A stretch of DNA of 46,798 nucleotides from Macrostomum lignano (taxonomy: Eukaryota): assembly GCA_002269645.1 (NCBI GenBank), contig NIVC01004414.1, positions 1 through 46,798 of the forward strand. The letters run 5' to 3'. Below the pieces are notes generated by a model that saw nothing but the letters and a program-made list of their open reading frames with translations, was not told the DNA's origin and did not search any database. Positions within the stretch are counted from its first letter, which is position 1, and each line of letters starts with the position of its first letter. This document shows positions 20,868 through 34,144 of the stretch, piece after piece. A program made the translations under genes and the position numbers.

Positions 20868-21810
20868 CTTGACATGTCAGCAATCCCCCCACAAGCCTTA
20901 ACATATCAACTCCCCCCTTGACATCTCAGCGATGCTCCCATAAGCCTTGAAATCTTAAAAAATCTGTCTACTTTCTAACCCTAACCCTAACCCTAACCCT
21001 AAAGCATTGAAATTTCAGTAATTCTCTCTAAGAGTCATTATAGCACTACTACAGCATTATAGCGATTCCCTGCAAGCCTCGACATCGTAGGGATTCCCAA
21101 ATGAATCTCTTAACTTCGACATGAAGCTTCTTTTATTTTTTTACATTACGCCTTTTCTATCAGCGATCCCTCCCGTGAGGAGCCAACAAATAATGTAATA
21201 ACTTTTTTCCAATAAACTACATGTAGCTTCTGACATTAGCCTTGACATCTCATTTATTCCCCCGTGAGCCTTGACATCTCAGCTATAGATAGATAGATAG
21301 ATAGATTCCCCTCGTAAGCCTTGACATGTCAGCGATGCCCCCATAAACCTTGAAATCTAAAAAATCCCCTGTTAACCTTGAAACCCGCTAAAATCTAACC
21401 CTCAACCCAAACCTGACGTAAACCTAACTTTCACCCAACCTAAAGCCTTGAAATCACAGCAATTCTTCTTCCCTAAGCCTTGGCATTTAAATGATTTCTT
21501 CTTTAAGAATCACAGCACTATAACGATTCCCTCCAAGCTTTGACATCGTAGCAATTCCCAAATGAATCTTTTAACTTTGACATGACTTTTATTTTATGTA
21601 TACATAGTGCTCCTTTTATTTTTACATGACTCTTCTTCTATCAGCGCCCCCCCCCCACCGTGGCAAGCCAACAAAGAATACAATAAAAAAACTTAAGTAA
21701 AGTACATGTACTTTGAAGTAGCTTCTGACTTTTGCTTTAACATCTCAGAAACCCCCCTGTAATCTCAGTTATTCTCTGTGAGCCTTGACGTCTCAGTAAT
21801 TCTCCCCAAC
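20868..21810. repeat. Two diverged ~440-bp tandem units built from AGCCTTGACATCTCAGC-like submotifs, each with a telomeric-type tract
   Basis: GTAAGCCTTGACATGTCAGC at ~20871 and ~21314. Both units continue through CCTTGAAATCT..AAAAATC and GACATCGTAG..ATTCCCAAATGAATCT. (TAACCC)4 at ~20977-21001 and a degenerate version at ~21396-21440. Confidence 0.75.
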
Positions 21811-21939
21811 ACAGCACTATAGCTTCATTTAATTTTTATATGACACTTCTTTCATGTCTGACATGACGCTTCTTTTGATTTTTACATGACGATTCTTTTA
21901 TTCTTCCATGATGCTTCTTAATTTTTTAAATGACACTTT

Positions 21940-23062
21940 CATTAGTTTTTATATGAGGCTTCTATGATTTTTTCATGACGCTTCTATGTTAACATGACTC
22001 TTCTATGCTTGTTTACATGACGCTTTTATGATTGTTTACATGACGCTTCTATGATTGTTTACATGACGCTTGTATGATTGTTTACATGACGCTTCTATGA
22101 TTTTTTACATGACGCTTCTATGATTTTTACATGACGCTTCTATGATTTTTACATGACACTTCTATGATTTTTTCATGACGCTTCTATGATTTTTACATGA
22201 CGCTTCTATGATTGTTTACATGACGCTTCTATGATTTTTTATGACGCTTGTATGATTGTTTACATGACGCTTCTATGATTGTTTACATGACGCTTCTATG
22301 ATTTTTTATGACGCTTTTATGATTGTTTACATGACGCTTCTATGATTGTTTACATGACGCTTCTATGATTGTTTACATGACGCTTCTATGATTTTTTATG
22401 ACGCTTTTATGATTGTTTACATGACGCTTGTATGATTGTTTACATGACGCTTCTATGATTTTTACATGACGCTTCTATGATTTTTACATGACGCTTCTAT
22501 GATTTTTTACATGACGCTTGTATGATTGTTTACATGACGCTTTTATGATTGTTTACATGACGCTTCTATGATTTTTACATGACGCTTCTATGATTTTTAC
22601 ATGACGCTTCTATGATTGTTTACATGACGCTTGTATGATTGTTTACATGACGCTTCTATGATTTTTTTATGACGCTTTTATGATTTTAACATGACGCTTC
22701 TATGATTTTTTTACATGACGCTTCTATGATTGTTTACATGACGCTTGTATGATTGTTTACATGACGCTTGTATGATTTTAACATGACGCTTCTATGATTG
22801 TTCACATTACGCTTCTATGATTGCTTGCATGACGCTTCTATGATTTTTTATGACGCTTTTATGATTTTAACATGACGCTTCTATGATTTTTTTACATGAC
22901 GCTTCTATGATTGTTTACATGACACTTGTATGATTGTTTACATGACGCTTTTATGATTTTAACATGACGCTTCTATGATTGTTTACATTACGCTTCTATG
23001 ATTGCTTGCATGACGCTTCTATGATTTTTTACATAACGATTCTATGATTTTTTACATTACGC
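21940..23062. repeat. 20-24-bp minisatellite (CATGACGCTTCTATGATT[G/T]TTTA), ~48 copies
   Basis: Direct tandem repetition; unit length varies through the T-run. Confidence 0.96.
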
Positions 23063-23227
23063 TTCCATAATTTTTTTGTCTTGGCGTTAAAAAGCTTTAA
23101 TTTAAAAAAAACTCTACTCTCTAAAAATTCGAACCATCGTCCCTGCATTTAGCAGTTTAGTCTGTTTACCTCTAGGCTAGCTCTCATAAATTTTAGTCAT
23201 TACCCCTAAATAGAAAATATTCCCAAG

Positions 23228-23462
23228 ACAGCAAGCATCCCCCCAGTAGCAAGCATCCCCTAATACTCCTAGCAAGCATCTACCCAGATAGCAAGCATCT
23301 GCAGATAGCAAGCATCTGCAGATAGCAAGCATCTTGCAGATAGCAAGCATACCCCAAATAATGTAGAAGCATCCTTCCAGATAGCAAGCATCCCCCAAAT
23401 AATGTAGAAGCATCCTTCCAGATAGCAAGCATCCTGCACATAGCAAGCATCCCTGGATAGAA
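23228..23462. repeat. Degenerate ~17-bp repeat with core (GA)TAGCAAGCATC
   Basis: The AGCAAGCATC core recurs about 10 times, with 17-nt spacing at 23287, 23304 and 23321. Confidence 0.85.
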
Positions 23463-23492
23463 ATAATCCTATACAAGTAGCCAAGCTTATCA

Positions 23493-25687
23493 AGCGCAGT
23501 AATCCTTGGCTATCGAGTGCAGTAATCCTTGGTTTATTAATAGCAATAATCCTTGATTAATAAAGTGCATTATTCCTTGGTTTATTAATAACAATAATCC
23601 TTGGCTTATTGAGTGCAGTAATCCTTGGTTTGCCAGGAGCAATAGTCCTTGGTTTATCGAGTGCAGTAATCCTTGGTTTATTAATAGCAATAATCCTTGA
23701 TTAATCAAGTGCATTAATCCTTGTTTTATTAATAGCAATAATCCTTGATTAATCAAGTGCATTAATCCTTGTTTTATTAATAGCAATAATCCTTGACTTC
23801 TTGAGTGCAGTAATCCTTGGTTTGCCAAGAGCAATAGTCCTTGGTTTATCGAGTGCAGTAATCGTTGGTTTATTAATAGCAATAATCCTTGGCTTATCGA
23901 GTGCAGTAATCCTTGGTTTGCCAAGTGCAGTAATCCTTGGTTTGCCAAGTGCAGTAATCCTTGGTTTATTAATAGCAATAATCCTTGATAAATCAAGTGC
24001 AGTAATCCTTGGTTTATTAATAGCAATAATCCTTGATAAATCAAGTGCAGTAATCCTTGGTTTATTAATAGCAATAGTCCTTGGCTTATCGAGTGCAGTA
24101 ATCCTTGGTTTGCCAAGTGCAGTAATCCTTGGTTTATTAATAGCAATAATCCTTGGCTTATCGAGTGCAGTAATCCTTGGTTTATTAATAGCAATAATCC
24201 TTGGCTTATCGAGTGCAGTAATCCTTGGTTTGCCAAGTGCAGTAATCCTCGGTTTATTAATAGCAATAATCCTTGGCTTATCGAGTGCAGTAATCCTTGG
24301 TTTATTATAAGCAATAATCCTTGGCTTATCGAGTGCAGTAATCCTTGGTTTGCCAAGTGCAGTAATCCTTGGTTTATTAATAGCAATAATCCTTGGCTTA
24401 TCGAGTGCAGTAATCCTTGGTTTATTAATAGCAATAATCCTTGGCTTATCGAGTGCAGTAATCGTTGGTTTGCCAAGAGCAATAGTCCTTGGTTTATTGA
24501 GTGCAGTAATCCTTGGTTTATTAATAGCAATAATCCTTGGCTTATCGAGTGCAGTAATCCTTGGTTTATTAATAGCAATAATCCTTGATTAATAAAGTGC
24601 ATTAATCATTGGTTTATTAATAGCAATAATCCTTGGCTTATCGAGTGCAATAATCCTTGGTTTATTAATAGCATAATCCTTGGCTTATTGAGTGCAGTAA
24701 TCCTTGGTTTATTAATAGCAATAATCCTTGGCTTCTTGAGTGCAGTAATCCTTGGTTTATTAATAGCAATAATCCTTGGCTTATTGAGTGCAGTAATCCT
24801 TGGTTTATTAATAGCAATAATCCTTGATAAATCTAGTGCAGTAATCCTTGGTTTATTAATAGCAATAATCCTTGATAAATCAAGTGCAGTAATCCTTGGT
24901 TTATTAATAGCAATAGTCCTTGGCTTATCGAGTGCAGTAATCCTTGGTTTGCCAAGTGCAGTAATCCTTGGTTTATTAATAGCAATAATCCTTGGCTTAT
25001 CGAGTGAAGTAATCCTTGGTTTGCCAAGTGCAGTAATCCTTGGTTTATTAATAGCAATAATCCTTGGCTTATCGAGTGCAGTAATCCTTGGTTTATTAAT
25101 AGCAATAATCCTTGGTTTATCGAGTGCAGTAATCCTTGGTTTATTAATAGCAATAATCCTTGATTAATCAAGTGCATTAATCCTTGTTTTATTAATAGCA
25201 ATAATCCTTGTCTTCTTGAGTGCAGTAATCCTTGGTTTGCCAAGTGCAGTAATCCTTGGTTTATTAATAGCAATAATCCTTGGCTTATCGAGTGCAGTAA
25301 TCCTTGGTTTATTAATAGCAATAATCCTTGATTAATAAAGTGCATTAATCCTTGGTTTATTAATAGCAATAATCCTTGATTAATCAAGTGCATTAATCCT
25401 TGTTTTATTAATAGCAATAATCCTTGACTTCTTGAGTGCAGTAATCCTTGGTTTGCCAAGAGCAATAGTCCTTGGTTTATCGAGTGCAGTAATCGTTGGT
25501 TTATTAATAGCAATAATCCTTGGCTTATTGAGTGCAGTAATCCTTGGTTTATTAATAGCAATAATCCTTGGCTTATCGAGTGCAATAATCCTTGGTTTAT
25601 TAATAGCAATAATCCTTGGCTTATTGAGTGCAGTAATCCTTGGTTTATTAATAGCAATAATCCTTGGCTTATGGAGTGCAGTAATCT
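23493..25687. repeat. Composite 24-bp minisatellite, ~90 monomers of several types, mostly as 48-bp A-B dimers
   Basis: Monomers AGTGCAGTAATCCTTGGTTTATTA, ATAGCAATAATCCTTGGCTTATCG and AGTGCAGTAATCCTTGGTTTGCCA, plus rarer variants. The unit length is a multiple of 3, which explains the long ORFs on both strands. Confidence 0.97.
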
Positions 25688-25768
25688 AAGTGTTTTTATT
25701 TAGCTTTTAATAAAAAATTTTACACTACTACTTTTCAGACACTCTCTCTCTCTCTCTCTCTCTCTTCT

Positions 25769-28242
25769 TCTATCTACTAAAGCTGACGTCGTGGTCCGGT
25801 GGTAGGGTGGGCCGGTGGGCCGGGTTTGTCGACGATCTCCTCCTATGATTCTTGCAACTCAACTTTCAAACCGGTACCAAAACATGTCAAATGTCCCGAC
25901 GATGCTACAATTTAAAATTCATTTTCAAATTTCAATTTTAAGTGCTTCAAAAAAGCAGAAAACAGCACAAACCAGACAGCCAGACCAGATGTCTATATAT
26001 CGCATTCCATGGACTTCCCACTTGACGCTATTTTGTATGGTTGCGCCACAACTTTTCTCCTATCTCTGCAGTGTATTTCATTTCAGCTGGGGGAGGGTCG
26101 CCGGCACTTGAGAATTGGCGGCCTACTTGCTCAGTGTTAAAAAGGGGTGGAGGTGCACACTGCGCGAGAATGGATGGCTTGATTTTTTAACTCATCACAG
26201 AGTGTACATTGCGCTCTGCAAGTAAGAAACGGGAAAACTTGCACCTTAATTTCTGCTTTTAATTTTCAAGCTACAGAAAAGTGAATCACACCGTTGGAAA
26301 GAGTTTGAAAAACTGAACAGAATGGTATAATTTTCTGTTCCGAAATCTCAACTGCATCAGAGCAATTTGTCATAGAAAATTTCTTGATTTCAATTTGTCA
26401 ACCCTGGCTCACTGGCTGACTTTATAGATAATTGCGCAATGATATGGCTACTGATAAGTTTTCCTGCCTTTCAATGGGCAGTCCTGTGTATTTGTTGGAC
26501 ATTGAAATTCAATGCATCATCTTGCAAGCAGGCAGTGAACGTACACTCGATACTTCAATGCTATAAATCAGACAGTTTCAAACGCTAACTGTTCCTCGAG
26601 TTTTAAACTTTGAGAGGAGAGACTTATATTGCTGGAAAGATCTTGCAACGCTGAGTTCGGGGATATAAGTTGTTTGCTTTAAATATGAAAAGAAAAAGCA
26701 CAGCATTTGAAAAACGATTTCCATACTTTTAACTTTCTGCAAAGATTGTACTCTAATCTGCAAAGATTGTTGGGGGGGGTTCAACTTCTCACTGCTGCTG
26801 TGTATTGGAGGGTTGATTTAGATTGCGCAATGTTTTTGTTAACTTTACCTGAGGCTGATACTGACTGACTGTGAAATCGGTTGCGCAATGAATTGATTCA
26901 ATTAGTTCAATATTTTTATCTGTGCCTTTTAACACGAAGCTGTGCGTAGTTCTAACCCTAACCCTAACCCTAACCCTAATGAATCTGGCGAGTTGAGTTG
27001 TTTGACGGAAAAAATTCGATTAAGTCAAGTTTAGCGGAGACGATTTCAATGTTTAAATTCTGACGGAGAAGATTTCTGTTTCGTGGAGAGGATTTCGATG
27101 ATGTTCAGTTTCACGAAAGGATTTCCATGGTGTTCAGTTTCACGGAGAGGATTTCGATCATGTTCAGCTTCACGGAGAGGCTTTCTGTTTCGCGGAGATA
27201 ATTTATGATTGATTTCTGTTTTATAGAAACAATTTTGATGGATTTAAGTTTCAAGGAGAGGATTTCGAAGGAGTCCAGTTTCACTGAGAGGATTTCGATG
27301 GTTTTTAGTTGCACAGACAGGATTTTTGCTTCGCGGAGAGGATCTTGATGGATTTGGCATCTTCAATCAGTCAGAGAAGAGAGTAAAGAGAAGACTGAAA
27401 AGAGAAGAGAGAAGAGATGATAGAAAACAGAGTATAATTGAGTGGAGAGATTAGACATGACAGATTGGAGATGATAGGAGAGAGAATAGATGAGGGATAA
27501 GAGCGTACAGAGGCAATAGAAGAGAGGGGAGAGTAGAGGAGAAAGAAAGAGTGAGATGAGGAGATGAGGGATGAGAGAGCAGGGGAGAGAGGAGACAGGG
27601 GAGAGTACAGACGAAAGACTAGGGAGAAGATATAAATAAGGTAGTAAAGATGAGAGGAGAGAGAGGAGAGAGAAGCGAAAGGAGAAGAGAGTGAGGAGAG
27701 AGGAGAGAGATGAAAGGAGCAAGGAAAGGAGAAAAGAGAGAATGGAGAGAATAGAAAAGAGAGAAGAGAAGAGACAGGGGATAGTGAAAAGGAGGAAGAA
27801 AGATGGGAGACAAGAAAGTAGTGTCAGAGCGTATATGAAATATGAGAAATGAGAGCAGAGAGAAGAGAAAAGAGAAGAGAGAGAGAGGGTTAAGAGAGAC
27901 GATAGATAAGTGAGTAGAGATGACATATGAGAGAGGAGAGAAGAGGGAGAGATAAGAGTGAAGAGAGGAGACAGAAGACAGGAGAAGGTACAGACGAAAG
28001 ACGAGGGAGAAGAGATAAATAAGGGAGCAGGGGTAGAGATGAGATGAGAGAGAGGAGAGAGGAGATATGAGAGACTTGAGAGTCTTTGAGCTATGGTCTT
28101 TGAAAGATTTTGTAAAGAATTTGGAGACGATTTGGAAGATAGGGTTAAAGACATGGAATTTCAGTTGATGGATATTTCAGGGAATAGAATTCCGGTGATG
28201 GGAGTTCTTCCCCTTTCTCCTCCAGAGGAGGAGTTCCACTCG
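25769..28242 (+). mobile_element. Non-autonomous Helitron-like unit 1 of the tandem array (~2.47 kb)
   Basis: 5' TCTATCTACTAAAGCTGACG preceded by (TC)n. 3' hairpin CTCCTCC-AGA-GGAGGAG (28217-28233) followed by TTCCACTCG. Internal (TAACCC)4 at 26952-26979, ACGGAGAGGATTTCGAT subrepeats and a GA-rich block. No Rep/helicase ORF. Confidence 0.75.
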
Positions 28243-30690
28243 TATATACTAAAGCTGACGTCGTGGTCCGGTGGTAGGGTGGGTGGGCCGGTGGGCCGGG
28301 TTTGTCGACGATCTCCTCCTAGGATTCTTGCAACTCAACTTTCAAACCGGTACCAAAACATGTCAAATGTCCCGACGATGCTACAATTTAAAATTCATTT
28401 TCAAATTTCAAATTTAAGTGCTTCAAAAAAGCAGAAAACAGCACAAACCAGACAGCCAGACCAGATGTCTATATATCGCATTCCATGGACTTCCCACTTG
28501 ACGCTATTTTGTATGGTTGCGCCACAACTTTTCTCCTATCTCTGCAGTGTATTTCATTTCAGCTGGGGGAGGGTCGCCGGCACTTGAGAATTGGCGGCCT
28601 ACTTGCTCAGTGTTAAAAAGGGGTGGAGGTGCACACTGCGCGAGAATGGATGGCTTGATTTTTTAACTCATCACAGAGTGTACATTGCGCTCTGCAAGTA
28701 AGAAACGGGAAAACTTGCACCTTAATTTCTGCTTTTAATTTTCAAGCTACAGAAAAGTGAATCACACCGTTGGAAAGAGTTTGAAAAACTGAACAGAATG
28801 GTATAATTTTCTGTTCCGAAATCTCAACTGCATCAGAGCAATTTGTCATAGAAAATTTCTTGATTTCAATTGTGAAAACGTTAAGTGGCTGGGGAGGGGT
28901 TTCATTAATTTCAATTCTGACTGTGCAATGCACAAGCCTAGACTCTCCCTGTGCATTTGGGGAGGTGCATGGGCTATAGACTGATTTTCATATTGAGTGA
29001 TTGGCTGGAGATAATATTGAGATTAAATAAATGAATCACCGCAGTGTCCAAATAGCGAAAGCTCATTGATTTTTCAACTTTCCTATGATTGAATTCCATA
29101 TAAACTGATGCTTCTGCAAATTGTCCGAGGATGGCTTTAGGCTATTAAAATTTTGCATTATCATATTTTAAGATCCCTAAAAAAGCAGAAATAGTATAAA
29201 CAATAGGGATTACGATCACCTTGCGCACTCTTAATGATTACGCCACAACAGCTGGCCTATCTGTGTAGTGTATTCTTTTAACTGAGGGGGTGTAGCCGGG
29301 CCGGTTGACAAATTTTTTTAGTGATTGCGCCACAACTGTGTGCACTGAGCAATGGAGCAAATAGAACCCCCCCGTGTTAGGGGTGTTGAGGCGGCAGTGA
29401 AATTCAATGAATAAACGTGCGAGCCGCCTCCCACTGTAGCAGGCAGTGAATGTACTCTTAAAAATTCAATGCTCTAAATCAGAAAAATTTAAACGTTAAC
29501 TGTTCCTCGAGTTTTAAACTTTGAAGGGAGAGACTTATATTGCTGGAAAGGTCTTGCAACGCTGAGTTCGGGGATATAATTTGTTTGCTTTAAATATGAA
29601 AAGAAAAGGCGCAGCATTCGAAAAACTATTTTCATACTTTTAACTTTTTTTAAAGATGTGCTCATTTTTGCGAGACATAATAGATAAAGTTCGAGGGTTG
29701 AATTTCTAATTGCTCAGTGTGCTTTAGTGGGGGGGGAGGGGTGCGGTCGCTGTGTATTGGAGGGTTGATTTATATTGCGCGATCATTTTAATTGAGACTC
29801 TTACTGACTGACTGAGAAATAAATGGATTGCGCCATAAATTTGTTTTATTATCTCTGCCTTTCAATAGGCTGCCCTGTGTTATAGCCAGCCTGTGAAATG
29901 AATGAATAAACTTGCGAGCCTCTTTAGTACGCAGTGCACGTACACTCGATTTTTCAATGCTTTAAAACGGGATCATTCAAACGCTAAATTCTCTTTGAGT
30001 TTTAAACTTTGAGAGAGGAGACTTATATTGCTGGAAAAATCTTTCAACGCTGAGTTCGGGGATATAAGTTGTTTACTTTAAATATGAAAACTTAAAGCAC
30101 AGCATCCAACAAACGATTTGCAAAGATTGTACTCATTTTCGGGTTCAATGGCGTTCAACCGACCCCCGAGCAGTTAGGCGGGGGAGGCTTCAATTTCTAT
30201 CTGCCACTGCGTATTGAAAAGGGGTGTCGGTCGCTGTGTATTAGAGGGTTGATTTAGATTGCGCAGTATTTTTGTTAACTTTCACTGAAACTGATACTGA
30301 CTGACTGAGAAATAAATTGCGCAATCTATACATTCAATTAGCTCAATTTTTTATCGGGCCCTGTAGTCGCAGCTCTGTGCAGCTCAAACCCTAACCCTAA
30401 CCCTAACCCTAACCAATGAATCCTGATATTTTATTCTTTTTGACGGAGAAAATTTTGATTGAGTCCAGTTTCGCGGAGAGGATTTCGATGTTCTTCAGTT
30501 TCACGGAGAGGATTTCTGTTTTGCGGAGAGGATTTCGATGGTGTTCAGTTTCGCGCAAAGGATTTTGATAGATTTGGATAACAGTTGGATGATGGGATTC
30601 GGGTCATGGGATTCAGCTGATGAATTTCAGAGAATGGAATTCCGGTGATGGGAGTTCTTCCCCTTTCTCCTCCGAAGGAGGAGTTCCACT
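28243..30690 (+). mobile_element. Non-autonomous Helitron-like unit 2 (~2.45 kb)
   Basis: Same 5' module (TATATACTAAAGCTGACG) and 3' hairpin CTCCTCC-GAA-GGAGGAG (30667-30683). Telomeric tract at 30387-30414. Lacks the GA-rich block and has duplicated internal modules. Confidence 0.75.
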
Positions 30691-33124
30691 TATATACTAA
30701 AGCTGACGTCGTGGTCCGGTGGGCCGGGTTTGTCGACGATCTCCTCCTAGGATTCTTGCAACTCAACTTTCAAACCGGTACCAAAACATGTCAAATGTCC
30801 CGACGATGCTACAATTTAAAATTCATTTTCAAATTTCAATTTTAAGTGCTTCAAAAAAGCAGAAAACAGCACAAACCAGACAGCCAGACCAGATGTCTAT
30901 ATATCGCATTCCATGGACTTCCCACTTGACGCTATTTTGTATGGTTGCGCCACAACTTTTCTCCTATCTCTGCAGTGTATTTTCTTTCCAGTGGGGGGTG
31001 GGAGCGTTCTCAGTGGCTGCGTGTGTACACTTGGACCCTGGCTCACTGGCTGACTTTATAGATAATTGCGCAATGATATGGCTACTGATAAGTTTTCCTG
31101 CCTTTCAATGGGCAGTCCTGTGTATTTGTTGGACATTGAAATTCAATGCATCAACTTGCAAGCAGGCAGTGAACGTACACTCGATACTTCAATGCTATAA
31201 ATCAGACAGTTTCAAACGCTAACTGTTCCTCGAGTTTTAAACTTTGAGAGGAGAAACTTATATTGCTGGAAAGATCTTGCAACGCTGAGTTCGGGGATAT
31301 AAGTTGTTTGCTTTAAATATGAAAAGAAAAAGCACATCATTTGAAAAACTACTTCCATACTTTTAACTTTCTGCAAAGATTGTACTTTAATCTGCAAAGA
31401 TTGTTGGGGGAGGGTTCAACTTCTCACTGCTGCTGTGTATTGGAGGGTTGATTTAGATTGCGCAATGTTTTTGTTAACTTTACCTGAGGCTGATACTGAC
31501 TGACTGTGAAATCGGTTGCGCAATGAATTGATTCAATTAGTTCAATATTTTTATCTGTGCCTTTTAACACGAAGCTGTGCGTAGTTCTAACCCTAACCCT
31601 AACCCTAACCCTAACCCTAACCCTAATGAATCTGGCGAGTTGAGTTGTTTGACGGAAAAAATTCGATTAAGTCAAGTTTAGCGGAGACGATTTCAATGTT
31701 TAAATTCTGACGGAGAAGATTTTTGTTTCGTGGAGAGGATTTCGATGATGTTCAGTTTCACGAAAGGATTTCCATGGTGTTCAGTTTCACGGAGAGGATT
31801 TCGATCATGTTCAGCTTCACGGAGAGGATTTCTGTTTCGCGGAGATAATTTATGATTGATTTCTGTTTTATGGAGACCATTTTGATGGATTTAAGTTTCA
31901 AGGAGAGGATTTCGAAGGAGTCCAGTTTCACGGAGAGGATTTCGATGGTTTTCAGTTGCACGGACAGGATTTCTGCTTCGCGGAGAGGATCTTGATGGAT
32001 TTGGCATCTTCAATCAGTTAGAGAAGAGAGTAAAGAGAAGAATGAAAAGAGAAGAGAGATGAGATGATAGAAAACAGAGTAGAAATGAGTGGAGAGATTA
32101 GACATGACAGATGGGAGAAAAAGAGGAGTAAGGCGGGAACGAAGGAGAGAGAAGAGAAGAGGAGAGAGAAGAGGAGAGGGGAGATATGAGATAGCAAATG
32201 GATACAAGAGAGATAATAGGAGAGAGAATAGATGAGGGATAAGAGCGTACAGAGGAAATAGAAGAGAGGGGAGAGTAGAGGAGAAAGAAAGAGTGAGATG
32301 AGGGGATGAGGGATGAGAGAGGAGGGAAGACAGGAGAGAGAAGAGAGGAGAAAAGAGGGGAGAAAGGAGAGAGAAGCGAAAGGAGAAGAGAGAGAGGAGA
32401 GAGGAGAGAGATGAAAGATCATAGATGAGAGAGTTAAGAGAGGAAAGTAGTGCGGAGAGGAGAGATGAGAGATGCGATGAAAAGAGATGCGTGAGAAAAT
32501 AAGAGAGAAGAGATTAGAGATTAGAGATTAGAGAAGAGAGGGGAGAAGATGAAAGGAGCAAGGAGAGGAGAAAAGAGAGAATGGAGAGGATAGAAAAGAG
32601 AGAAGAGAAGAGACAGGGGATAGTGGAAAGAAGGAAAGAAAGATGGGAGACAAGAAAGTAGAGTGTGAGAGCGTATTTGAGATATGAGAAATGAGAGCTG
32701 AGAGAAGAGAAAAGAGAAGAGAGAGAGAGGGTTAAGAGAGACGATAGATAAGTGAGTAGAGATGATATATGAGAGAGAAGAGAAGAGGGAGAGATAAGAG
32801 AGAAGAGAGGAGACAGGAGACAGGAGATGGTACAGACGAAAGACGAGGGAGAAGAGATAAATAAGGGAGTAGGGGTAGAGATGAGATGAGATGAGAGAGA
32901 GGAGAGAGAAGAGAGTCACGATAATAGCGAAGAGAGTAGAGAGGAGATATGATAGACGTGAGAGTCTTTGAGCTATGGTCTTTTAAAGGTTTTGTAAAGA
33001 ATTTGGAGACGATTTGGAAGATAGGGTTCAAGGCATGGAATTTCAGTTGATGGATATTTCAGGAAATGGAATTCCGGTGATGGGAGTTCTTCCCCTTTCT
33101 CCTCCGAAGGAGGAGTTCCACTCG
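30691..33124 (+). mobile_element. Non-autonomous Helitron-like unit 3 (~2.43 kb)
   Basis: Shared termini, with hairpin at 33099-33115 followed by CTCG. (TAACCC)6 at 31587-31626. Expanded GA-rich block at ~32020-32965. Confidence 0.75.
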
Positions 33125-34144
33125 TCTATATACTAAAGCTGACGTCGTGGTCCGGTGGTAGGGTGGGCCGGTGGGCCGGGTTTGTCGACGATCTCCTCCT
33201 AGGATTCTTGCAACTCAACTTTCAAACCGGTACCAAAACATGTCAAATGTCCCGACGATGCTACAATTTAAAATTCATTTTCAAATTTCAATTTTAAGTG
33301 CTTCAAAAAAGCAGAAAACAGCACAAACCAGACAGCCAGACCAGATGTCTATATATCGCATTCCATGGACTTCCCACTTGACGCTATTTTGTATGGTTGC
33401 GCCACAACTTTTCTCCTATCTCTGCAGTGTATTTCATTTCAGCTGGGGGAGGGTCGCCGGCACTTGAGAATTGGCGGCCTACTTGCTCAGTGTTAAAAAG
33501 GGGTGGAGGTGCACACTGCGCGAGAATGGATGGCTTGATTTTTTAACTCATCACAGAGTGTACATTGCGCTCTGCAAGTAAGAAACGGGAAAACTTGCAC
33601 CTTAATTTCTGCTTTTAATTTTCAAGCTACAGAAAAGTGAATCACACCGTTGGAAAGAGTTTGAAAAACTGAACAGAATGGTATAATTTTCTGTTCCGAA
33701 ATCTCAACTGCATCAGAGCAATTTGTCATAGAAATTTTCTTGATTTCAATTGTGAAAATGTTAAGTGGCTGGGGAGGGGTTTCATTAATTTCAATTCTGA
33801 CTGTGCAATGCACAAGCCTAGACTCTCCCTGTGCATTTGGGGAGGTGCATGGGCTATAGACTGTACTGTAGATCTTTACTGTACGCTTGCAAGTAACAAG
33901 GCCGACATAAATGAATAAATTCGGCTAAATGCAGTGTACATTTGTGAGAACCGGGCTGCGACAGTGATGGCGCAATGCATATGCATCAACGGGGGCAGGC
34001 GATCGTTTCAGTAGCTCAATTTCGCTGGCCCAAGAGCTAGGGTTAGGGTTACGATATGGAGTTCTGCAGATTCAACATTCCAACCATAGGATTCCGGGGA
34101 TTTCAATTCAGCGGATTTCTCCTCCAACGGAGGAGTTCCACTCG
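33125..34144 (+). mobile_element. Non-autonomous Helitron-like unit 4 (short, ~1.02 kb, different subterminal region)
   Basis: Clean junction CACTCG|TCTATATACTAAAG. Hairpin CTCCTCC-AAC-GGAGGAG at 34119-34135. Telomeric tract in the opposite orientation (TAGGGTTAGGGTTA, 34038-34051). Confidence 0.75.

Noticed and set aside
23490-25689. Long ORFs (370, 274, 169 and 159 aa) resembling leucine-rich or transmembrane repeat proteins
   Set aside because: They arise from a 24-bp (multiple-of-3) minisatellite, are open on both strands, and have no unique N- or C-terminal domain or splice context.
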